DNA of 64,000 nt from Sphingopyxis sp. (GTDB lineage: Bacteria; Pseudomonadota; Alphaproteobacteria; Sphingomonadales; Sphingomonadaceae): contig NZ_OZ257261.1 in NCBI RefSeq assembly GCF_965279755.1, positions 592,135-656,134 on the forward strand. The letters run 5' to 3'. The number at the start of each line of letters is the position of its first letter. The first letter of the stretch is position 1. Position numbers and translations under genes: made by a program. The notes under the pieces were generated by a model. The model did no database searches. It saw only the letters and a program-made list of their open reading frames with translations, and was not told where the DNA came from. Shown one piece after another: positions 56,911 through 64,000 of this stretch.

Positions 56911-57795
56911 TCAATGAAGCCCGCGGCGTTCCTGCTGGCGGTAATCGCTCGGCGCCATGCCGAACCAGGCGCGAAAGGCGCGGCTGAAATGGCTCTGGCT
57001 GGTGAAACCTGTCGCCTCGGACAGGGCGGCAAGGCTGAGGTCGGTCTGCACGAGCATCTGCTGCGCGCGATCGAGCCGCGCCTTCATCACATATTGATGC
57101 GGCGAGATGCCCGTCGCCTTCTTGAACAGGCGGCAGAAATGCGACGGCGTGACCCCCGCGACCCCCGCCATCGCTTCCAGACTATGTTCCTGCTGCGGAT
57201 TGGCGAGCACCGCATTCATGATCTTGTGGAGCCGGTAGGCCGAGAAATCGGACACCGGAATCTCGACCGGATTGCCATGCGCTGGCGGGCCCGAGAGGAT
57301 ATGCGCCTTCAGTGCATTGACCATAGCCGCCACATAGGCCGTGCGCTCTTCGGCCTGCGGCGCGTAGAGTTCGGCAAGGATCTGCCGCGTCAGCGCGACG
57401 CCGAGCGGATCGGCAAAGGCGAAGCGCAGCTTGTCGAACTGTTCGGCGTGCGGCTGACCCGCGAGCACGTCCGACGACATCGACAAGGTCACGACGTCGA
57501 GTTCGCCATCGACGAGCCAGCCGGTTGGCATTCCCGCGGGAACGATCGTCGCGCAGCCGGGAATCGAGCTGCTCTCGGTCCAGCCGTCCTTGTCCCAGGT
57601 CTTCACCTGCGGCTTGCCTGCAATATGGACGGTGAAGATCGGCTGCGGCAGCGCGGGCAGCGTGTAGCTGCCGACGAACTGGCGCCAGCGGCACAGCGAC
57701 CAGCCGTCGCCGAACGACCCCATCTCGACATCCGGCGCACGGCCAAGGACGTCGCAAATGATCCGCTTATTGTCCCAGATGTCTTCGGTTTTCAC
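56911..57795 (-). CDS. AraC-family transcriptional regulator
   Basis: C-terminal double HTH (...SHFCRLFKKATGISPHQYVMKARL...SQSHFSRAFRAWFGMAPSDYR). Start is either GTG at 57795, overlapping the P450 TGA as GTGA, or ATG at 57723. The rest of track ORF 56911..58209 overlaps the P450 gene and is rejected. Confidence 0.8.
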   Translation of the reverse strand: MKTEDIWDNKRIICDVLGRAPDVEMGSFGDGWSLCRWRQFVGSYTLPALPQPIFTVHIAGKPQVKTWDKDGWTESSSIPGCATIVPAGMPTGWLVDGELDVVTLSMSSDVLAGQPHAEQFDKLRFAFADPLGVALTRQILAELYAPQAEERTAYVAAMVNALKAHILSGPPAHGNPVEIPVSDFSAYRLHKIMNAVLANPQQEHSLEAMAGVAGVTPSHFCRLFKKATGISPHQYVMKARLDRAQQMLVQTDLSLAALSEATGFTSQSHFSRAFRAWFGMAPSDYRQQERRGLH

Positions 57796-59015
57796 GCAAT
57801 CAGCCTGACATCGAGCCGCTTGAAGCCGTTGATGAAGTTCGACCGCACGCGGCTCGGCTCTCCCATGATTTCTATCCGCCGAACATGGCGCGCCATTTCG
57901 GTAAAGGCGAGTCGCAATTGCATCTCGGCAAGGCGCGAACCGACGCACACGTGCGTTCCTGCTCCGAAGGCGAGATGCTGGCGGATCGGGCGGGCGATAT
58001 CGAAGGCATCGGGGTCGGTGAATATCGCGGGGTCGCGATTGCCCGCAGGATAGAAAACAACGACCTTGTCCCCCTTGCGGATAGCCTTCCCGCCCAGTTC
58101 GGTGTCCCGCGTCGCGGTGCGGCGCATGTGGATCACCGGGCTCGCGTAGCGCACCATTTCCTTGACCGCATTCGGCAGCAGTGCGGGATCGGCGCGGACC
58201 CTGTCCCACTGGTCGGGATTGTTCGCGAAGGCGATCAGGCTGTGGTTGATCGAATTGCGCGTCGTCTCATTGCCCCCGACAAGCGCGAGGATCAGGTTGC
58301 CGATGAAGTCGCCGAGCGCGACGGGCTTCCCCTGAATTTCGGTGTTGACGAGCAGGGAGGCGATGTCGGGGCCGGGGTTCGCGCGACGTTCGTCGAACAG
58401 CGCCGCCGAAAAGCCCATGAATTCGCCGAGCACTTCCTGCATGGCCTCGGGCGACTGACGGAAATCGGGATCATCCTCGCCGACGAAGGCGTCGGTCCAG
58501 CGGTGGAGATCGTGCCAGGTCTCGGCCGGCACGCCGAGCAGTTCGGCAAGCGTCAGCAACGGCAGCGGAACGGTGAGCAGCGGAAGGATATCGACCGTCT
58601 CGTTCAGCGGAACGTCCGCGAAGAGCCGCTCCACCCGTTCGGCGATGCGCGCCTCGATCCCCTCGAGCCGGCCCGGCGAAAGCGCGGGCATGATGAACTT
58701 GCGATATTGGGTGTGCGTCGGCGGATCATGCGAAATGAACGGGATGCCGATCGCCGATTCCCCTGCCCCGGTCAGCCCCACCTCATTCTCGTTAAAGATG
58801 CGGTGCCCGCCATTGGAATGGGCGGAGGAAAAAAGGTCGGCCTGGCGGGACACGTCGACGATCGCGTCGAAACCCGTCACCGCCCAGAAGCCCACGTCGT
58901 CCGCCTGTTCGTTCCACTGTACGGGCCCGGCGCTCCGCATCTGTTCGAACAGGGCATAGGGCGGACCGGCGTGATATTGGTCGGGATCGCTGAGGTCCGG
59001 AAAAGACTGTGCCAT
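57792..59015 (-). CDS. Cytochrome P450 (CYP125/CYP153-like clade by motif)
   Basis: Heme-thiolate loop FGAGTHVCVGSRLA, I-helix LVGGNETTRNS, ExxR (EMVR) and C-terminal SNFINGFKRLDV. AAGGGAA SD. Confidence 0.95.
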   Translation of the reverse strand: MAQSFPDLSDPDQYHAGPPYALFEQMRSAGPVQWNEQADDVGFWAVTGFDAIVDVSRQADLFSSAHSNGGHRIFNENEVGLTGAGESAIGIPFISHDPPTHTQYRKFIMPALSPGRLEGIEARIAERVERLFADVPLNETVDILPLLTVPLPLLTLAELLGVPAETWHDLHRWTDAFVGEDDPDFRQSPEAMQEVLGEFMGFSAALFDERRANPGPDIASLLVNTEIQGKPVALGDFIGNLILALVGGNETTRNSINHSLIAFANNPDQWDRVRADPALLPNAVKEMVRYASPVIHMRRTATRDTELGGKAIRKGDKVVVFYPAGNRDPAIFTDPDAFDIARPIRQHLAFGAGTHVCVGSRLAEMQLRLAFTEMARHVRRIEIMGEPSRVRSNFINGFKRLDVRLIA

Positions 59016-59034
59016 ATAAGCGTTCCCTTGTTGT

Positions 59035-59823
59035 TCAGGCCGCGGTGTAGCCGCCGTCGGCGACGAATTCGGCGCCAGTGATGAAGCGCGCCGCGTCGCT
59101 TGCGAGGAAGGCGACCAGCGGCGCGATATCGCGCGGTTCGCCGAGCCGTCCCATCGGGATCAGGCTGGACCATGCGGCCAGCGCGGCTTCGGGTGGAATC
59201 GGATTGCCGTCGGCGTCGGTCGGGGCGTCCCAATCGGCGCCGAGGTTGGTGCCGACCGGCCCCGGCAGTACGGTGTTTACGCGAATGCCTTCCTTGGCGA
59301 GTTCGAACGCCACCGCGCGCGACAGTCCGCGCACCGCGCCCTTCGTCGCGCTATAGGCGGCGAACTGTGCGCCGCCGACCATGCCATAGACCGACGATAT
59401 GTTGACGATCGACGCTGTCTCGCCGCCTGCCGCAACGGCAGCGCGCATCAGCGGCAGCGCGCCCTGCATGCCGAGATAGAGACTGTCGACATTGATCGCC
59501 TGCTGGCGGTGCAGGTTTGCGATCGGCGCCTCGCGGAACGGCTTCGACATCATCACGCCGGCATTGTTGACGAGAATGTCGAGCGCGCCGCCGGTCGCGT
59601 GATATACGCGCGCCCAGTCCTCGGCCTTCGACACATCATGCGCGTGCGCGCTCGCCGATCCGCCGATGGTCGCGGCGGTCTCCGCCGCCGTATCGGCATC
59701 GATGTCGGTAACGATCAATTCGGCACCGAGCTCGGCCATCTGCAGCGCTGTCGCACGGCCGATGCCCGACCCCGCCCCCGTCACCAGCGCGCGCTTTCCG
59801 GCGAGGCAAAAGGGGTTCGTCAT
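59035..59823 (-). CDS. Classical SDR-family oxidoreductase
   Basis: ATG at 59823. TGAGSGIGRA, NNAG and YSATKGAV motifs present. 262 aa. Confidence 0.9.
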   Translation of the reverse strand: MTNPFCLAGKRALVTGAGSGIGRATALQMAELGAELIVTDIDADTAAETAATIGGSASAHAHDVSKAEDWARVYHATGGALDILVNNAGVMMSKPFREAPIANLHRQQAINVDSLYLGMQGALPLMRAAVAAGGETASIVNISSVYGMVGGAQFAAYSATKGAVRGLSRAVAFELAKEGIRVNTVLPGPVGTNLGADWDAPTDADGNPIPPEAALAAWSSLIPMGRLGEPRDIAPLVAFLASDAARFITGAEFVADGGYTAA

Positions 59824-60251
59824 CAATCGGCTCCTATATTGGTCGTCGCGAAACATTCGGTGCCCGGCAGGCGCGGGATCGCCGCCCAGGCGTCACGGCA
59901 ATAGGCTTCCTGCGTCAGCTGGATGGAATCGGGTTCGTCGAGCGTCCCTGCCTTGACGATCGTCACGCCGGGCAACGCTTCGGCGATCGAGACGATCGGC
60001 GAGCCGCAGGTCGGGCAGAAATGACGGTGCACGGGCAGGCCGCTGTCGCCGCGATCGACAAAGATCCGCATCTCGCCGCTATGGTCGAAATTGTCGTCGG
60101 TGACCGCGCAGACGACCGAAAAGGCGCTGCCCCCCTGACGCTGGCAATGACGGCAGTGGCAGACCGCGCTGATCAGCGGCGCGCCGGTGACCCGGTAACG
60201 GATCGCCCCGCACAAGCACCCGCCGTGCCGGACTTGCTGCTCGTCGCTCAT
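59823..60251 (-). CDS. GFA/CENP-V-family zinc protein (glutathione-dependent formaldehyde-activating-enzyme-like fold)
   Basis: GGCLCGAIRY...CHCRHCQR...FCPTCGSP is the Cys pattern of the GFA domain. Its TGA shares a base with the SDR ATG (TGATG). Confidence 0.8.
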   Translation of the reverse strand: MSDEQQVRHGGCLCGAIRYRVTGAPLISAVCHCRHCQRQGGSAFSVVCAVTDDNFDHSGEMRIFVDRGDSGLPVHRHFCPTCGSPIVSIAEALPGVTIVKAGTLDEPDSIQLTQEAYCRDAWAAIPRLPGTECFATTNIGAD

Positions 60252-60261
60252 TCAATTGTCC

Positions 60262-60298
60262 AAAAAAGGACCCGCCCCGCGATCGATTGCGGGGCGGG
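60262..60298 (-). terminator. Canonical rho-independent terminator after the TonB-dependent receptor gene
   Basis: The minus strand reads CCCGCCCCGC-aatcgatc-GCGGGGCGGG (10-bp perfect GC stem), then TCCTTTTTTGG. It begins 12 nt after the receptor stop and ends 10 nt before the GFA ATG. Confidence 0.75.
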
Positions 60299-60310
60299 CA
60301 TCGTGGAGGA

Positions 60311-62536
60311 TCAGAAATTCATGCGTGCCGAGATGCCATAGGTTCGCGGCGTTGCGGGCACGAGGAAGTTGTACGGGAAGCCCGCACCGCGCAGGTCGAG
60401 ACCATAGCCATAGGTCTTCCGGTTGAAGAGATTGTCGGCAAAGGCGCGCAGCGTGAAGCGATCGTTCGACCAGCTGAGCGACATGTTCACCTTCGCATTG
60501 GCGCCCTGTTGCAGTTCCGCATTGTCCTGCGGTGTGCCGGCGGCGTTGAGGTCGTTGAACGGCGAGAAATATTGCTGGCTCGAATAGGCGACGTTCGGCG
60601 AGAAAGTCACCACGCCGTCGGCGACCGGAACGACATCCCACTGGAAGCCGAACTGCGCGGTCAGCTTCGGCGCGAACGGCAGGCGATTGCCCGACAGATC
60701 GGTGCCCTGCAGCGACAGCTCCTTATATTTGGAATGGAGCCAGCCGAGCGAGGCGTCGATGCGGAAGCCCTCTGCTGCACGCAGCGTCGTTTCCAGTTCG
60801 ATCCCGTAGACCTCCGACGACGGCGCGTTGACGAGGAAGGAGACCGGGCCGGGGCGCGTATCCTGAAGCTGCTGGTTCGAATAATCGTAGTAAAAGCCAG
60901 AAAGCGCATAGGTCAGCCGGCGATCGAACGCCTTGCCCTTCATCCCGACTTCATAGGCGTTCACCCGCTCGGGCTCGATATAATAGATGCCGCTCGACGA
61001 CGTGTAGCCGCCGCCGTTCACCGCCCCGGCGCGATAGCCGCGGTTGTAGCTGGCATAGAGCAAGGTGCCGCTGTCGAGCGTGTAGCTGAGCGCGACGCGG
61101 CCGGTCAGCGCATTGTTGGTGTCACGGATCGCAAAGCGCGCATTGGGGTCATAGGCGCAGGTGCCGGCGACGCCCGGACAGGGCACCGTCGTTGCGATCG
61201 GCGTCTGCGGCCCGCCCAGCGTACCGACGAACAGATAGGCGAACGCATCTTCGTAACGCGACTTGTCGTTGGTGTAGCGCGCGCCGAGGGTCAGGACGAG
61301 CTGATCGGTCAGGTCGATATCGGCCTGCGCGAACACCGCCTTCGAGCGTCGTTCCTGCCGGTAGTGCTGGAAGAAACCGCCGTCTGGCGGCAGCGGCAGG
61401 TTGAACGTGTTGTCGGTGACGTTGCTGTCATAGCCATAAAAGAGGCCGGCAACGAGGTTGAAGCCCTCCCCGTCGTAATTGCCCCGCAGTTCCTGGCTGA
61501 ACTGGCGATAGCGCGAACGCCAGGTGATGTTCAGCACGTCGAGCGGCGAGCCGTCGGACGCCTGCTGCAGATGCTGACCGCCGCCGTCATAGGATGTGAT
61601 CGAGGTCAGGCTGAGCTGGTCGCTGAGCTCGAGCCCGACATTGGCGGAGAAGCCCCACGCGTCGGTGCGATTCTCGCCGATGCTGTTCTCGTTGATCTCG
61701 AAGAATTTCAGGCCGGTGCGGAACGGCAGCAGCCCGTGCACCGCCGCCTGTGTGCCGCGATCGCGGCCGCCATAGGCGCGCAGCACGATGTCGAGCGTCT
61801 CGGTCGGCTTGAGGCGCAGCGAGGCGCGGCCCTGCAGCGTATCCACCGAATTGGCATCGCGGCCGCCGGGGAAGATGTTTTTGATCTTGCCGTCGCCATT
61901 CGCATAATTGCCGGCGATCCGCAGGCCCGCGACATCCTCGGCGAGCGTCACTTCGGCGGCGCCCTGCGCGGTGAAGGTATTATAATTGGCGTAGCCGACC
62001 TGCAAATAGCCGTCGCCGCCCGACAGGTCGGGCTTCTTGGTGATGAAGTTGATCGCGCCGCCGGTGGTGTTGCGCCCGAACAGCGTCCCTTGCGGGCCGC
62101 GCAGCACCTCGATCCGGTCGAGGTCGAACAGACCCATTCCATGGCTGGTACGCGGCGCCAGATAGACGTCGTCCAGATAGACGCCGACCGGCGAGGCTTG
62201 GTTGCTGTTATATTCGTTCGCGACCCCGATGCCGCGCAGCGAGAAGTTCGGCTGCGTATCGCCATAGGGGCTGTTGATCTGAAGATTGGGGACCGCTTCG
62301 CCGAGCTGTGCCGAATTGGTGATCCCGCGTTCGGCCAGCGCGTCGCCGCCAAGCGCGGTGACCGCGAGCGGCACGTCGAGCAGCGACTGTTCGCGACGTT
62401 GGGCGGTGACGACGATATCGCCGTCGCCGGCGCCTTCGTCGGCAGGCCGCGCGGTGGTTTCCTGCGCGAGGGCGGTGGTCGATGTCGTAATTGCGAGCGC
62501 GACCACAAGGGCGCGCGAGAAGGCCGTTCTTGCCAT
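60311..62536 (-). CDS. TonB-dependent outer-membrane receptor
   Basis: ATG at 62536 with GGAGAG SD. Signal peptide ...TTSTTALAQE, TonB box DIVVTA, plug plus 22-strand barrel features, and the terminal ...ISARMNF. Confidence 0.9.
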   Translation of the reverse strand: MARTAFSRALVVALAITTSTTALAQETTARPADEGAGDGDIVVTAQRREQSLLDVPLAVTALGGDALAERGITNSAQLGEAVPNLQINSPYGDTQPNFSLRGIGVANEYNSNQASPVGVYLDDVYLAPRTSHGMGLFDLDRIEVLRGPQGTLFGRNTTGGAINFITKKPDLSGGDGYLQVGYANYNTFTAQGAAEVTLAEDVAGLRIAGNYANGDGKIKNIFPGGRDANSVDTLQGRASLRLKPTETLDIVLRAYGGRDRGTQAAVHGLLPFRTGLKFFEINENSIGENRTDAWGFSANVGLELSDQLSLTSITSYDGGGQHLQQASDGSPLDVLNITWRSRYRQFSQELRGNYDGEGFNLVAGLFYGYDSNVTDNTFNLPLPPDGGFFQHYRQERRSKAVFAQADIDLTDQLVLTLGARYTNDKSRYEDAFAYLFVGTLGGPQTPIATTVPCPGVAGTCAYDPNARFAIRDTNNALTGRVALSYTLDSGTLLYASYNRGYRAGAVNGGGYTSSSGIYYIEPERVNAYEVGMKGKAFDRRLTYALSGFYYDYSNQQLQDTRPGPVSFLVNAPSSEVYGIELETTLRAAEGFRIDASLGWLHSKYKELSLQGTDLSGNRLPFAPKLTAQFGFQWDVVPVADGVVTFSPNVAYSSQQYFSPFNDLNAAGTPQDNAELQQGANAKVNMSLSWSNDRFTLRAFADNLFNRKTYGYGLDLRGAGFPYNFLVPATPRTYGISARMNF

Positions 62537-62663
62537 TTCATCTCTCCAGATCGAGGCTTCTGCGAACCTCATGCCGGGATTAACTAGGGCGGCCATGCCC
62601 TTTTGGCTTTAGCCTCGCTTGCAATCAGATTTGACATTTCTTGCGCGATCTTCGCGCCCCGCA

Positions 62664-64000
62664 TCATGCGCCCGCCGGAGCGCTCGCTTTGGCCAGATCG
62701 CGGGCAAAGGCACGGAAACCCGAGGTCAGAATGATCGCCGCCAGCGGTAGCGCGATCCCGGTCACCAGCGCGATCGAGTAGCGCAGCGCGCCATCATAGC
62801 CAAAAAGATGGTCGGTCAGCAGCGCCATCAACATCGGCCCGAAGCCGAGTCCGGTCAGGTTGACGACGAAGAAATAGAGCGCGGTGACGCGGGCGCGATA
62901 TTTGTTCGGGGTGATGAACTGCAGCGCCACGGTGCCGACCCCGTGCATCGTTAGCATCGGAAAGGCGAGCGCGAGCATCGTGAACGCCAGCGGCGCCCCC
63001 GGCATCAGCACGGCGGCAAGCAGCGGCGGGCCGCCGAGCAGGATCGAGAGGCGCATCACGCGCAGGTGCGCATCGGCCACCCCGCGGCCGAACCAGCGGT
63101 CGGCGAGCGTGCCGCCAAAGACAAGGCCGGCGGCGCCGCCGATCGCCATGATCAGCCCGAACCACAGCCCGGCCTGTGACACCTCCATTGCATAGGTACG
63201 CGCGAAGAAGGTGGGCACCCACGCGATGACGCCGTACATGACGAGGCCGATCAGCGACATGCCGCCGAACAGCGCGCCAAGCGACGCGCGCTGGCTTTTG
63301 AGATGCGCGAGGAAGCCGGGCGCCGCCGGCGCATCGGACGGCGCGACGGCCCGCCGGATGCCTTGCCGAACCGGTTCGCGGAGCGTCAGCAGCATCAGGC
63401 ACACGAGGATGCCCGGCGCCGCGACCCACAGGAAGATCGTCCGCCACGCCTCGACCGGCCCGATCAGCGGCAGATCGACCATCGGCGCCGCAAGCACCGC
63501 CTGGACAACGAACGAGCCGAGGATCATTGCAACCCCCGACCCCAGCGGCACGCCGATCGAATAGACCGCCATCGCGCGCGCCAGCCGATTGCGCGGAAAG
63601 GTATCGCTGAGCATCGAGTAGGCGGCGGGCGACAGCGCCGCCTCGCCGACCCCTACCCCCATGCGCGCGAGGAACAAGGACGCATAGCTTCCGGCAAATC
63701 CGCAGCCTGCAGTCATGACGCTCCACAGCGCGACCCCGACAAGGATCAGATTCCGCCGGTTCCAGCGGTCGGCAATCCATGCGATCGGCAGGCCGAGCAG
63801 GGTATAGAAGAGCGCGAAGGCCAGCCCGATGAGCAGGCTGACCTGCGTATCCGAAATGTCGAGCGCGGCGCGGATCGGCGCGACGAGCAAGCTCAGGATC
63901 ATCCGGTCGACGAACGACAGCGTATAGGCGAGCAGCAGGACGCCGACGGTGTACCAGCCATAGGCGGGGCGCGGAAAATCTGGCGTTTTGCCCGCACTTT
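62664..64000 (-). CDS. MFS transporter (5' end beyond the right edge of the window)
   Basis: Track ORF 62664..63902 continues in frame upstream (...PAYGWYTVGVLLLAYTLSFVDR-MILSLLV...), which is the typical TM1 plus D-R-x motif. The true start is therefore outside the window or at its very edge. Confidence 0.85.
   Translation of the reverse strand, partial: SAGKTPDFPRPAYGWYTVGVLLLAYTLSFVDRMILSLLVAPIRAALDISDTQVSLLIGLAFALFYTLLGLPIAWIADRWNRRNLILVGVALWSVMTAGCGFAGSYASLFLARMGVGVGEAALSPAAYSMLSDTFPRNRLARAMAVYSIGVPLGSGVAMILGSFVVQAVLAAPMVDLPLIGPVEAWRTIFLWVAAPGILVCLMLLTLREPVRQGIRRAVAPSDAPAAPGFLAHLKSQRASLGALFGGMSLIGLVMYGVIAWVPTFFARTYAMEVSQAGLWFGLIMAIGGAAGLVFGGTLADRWFGRGVADAHLRVMRLSILLGGPPLLAAVLMPGAPLAFTMLALAFPMLTMHGVGTVALQFITPNKYRARVTALYFFVVNLTGLGFGPMLMALLTDHLFGYDGALRYSIALVTGIALPLAAIILTSGFRAFARDLAKASAPAGA

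Noticed and set aside
56911-58209. 432-aa ORF suggesting a much longer AraC-family protein
   Set aside because: The N-terminal ~140 residues overlap the P450 gene in another frame and are Arg/Gly/Pro-rich junk. The real regulator starts at GTG 57795 or ATG 57723. The same reasoning was used to trim the long track starts of bamA, rseP, dxr, glpK, astA, psd, pssA and others.
1-64000. Scan for CRISPR arrays, IS elements/transposases, integrases, tRNA/rRNA genes, toxin-antitoxin pairs or defence-system genes
   Set aside because: I found no regularly spaced repeats, no transposase- or integrase-like ORFs, no tRNA cloverleaf candidates, and no small adjacent ORF pairs with TA-like features. The window appears free of these, within the limits of reading by eye.

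Overview
High-GC bacterial chromosomal segment: about 52-70% GC in the few stretches I hand-counted, mostly above 60% by eye. I call about 55 protein-coding genes. I found no rRNA, tRNA, CRISPR array, transposase or integrase. Gene content suggests an alphaproteobacterium of the Sphingomonadaceae type. This is an inference from the bamA-skp-fabZ block lacking lpxD/lpxA/lpxB and from the TonB-receptor/P450-rich catabolic clusters; no search was possible. Layout: (i) 0-20.8 kb is mixed housekeeping and accessory: trhO, a GMC oxidoreductase, a small Rap1a/Tai4-like periplasmic protein, glcB, a GGDEF protein, a tightly coupled M20-astA-astB-SpeE-like operon, a ZnF-UBP protein, two alpha/beta hydrolases, an MHS transporter, rhlE and glpK. 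(ii) 20.8-35.5 kb is the conserved block rpmE / fabZ-skp-bamA-rseP-dxr-cdsA-uppS-frr-pyrH-tsf-rpsB / pssA-psd / icd. (iii) 35.5-43.3 kb holds a Kef-type antiporter, an M16 peptidase, a nitrilase-superfamily gene, a NUDIX gene and a DUF4126 gene. (iv) 43.3-64 kb is a catabolic region. It has ferredoxin reductase-IclR divergent from a six-gene acyl-CoA operon (split MFE-2-type beta-oxidation), then a GGDEF sensor, then MFS / TonB receptor / GFA-SDR-P450-AraC-ADH-ALDH on the minus strand. I see no defence island, toxin-antitoxin pair or mobile element. The most interesting material is the two-part catabolic region (substrate unknown), the truncated AST cluster, the orphan immunity-like gene and the low-GC left edge. 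The many long ORFs antisense to real genes are high-GC shadow ORFs. All family assignments come from motifs and by-eye alignment from memory, not from database searches.
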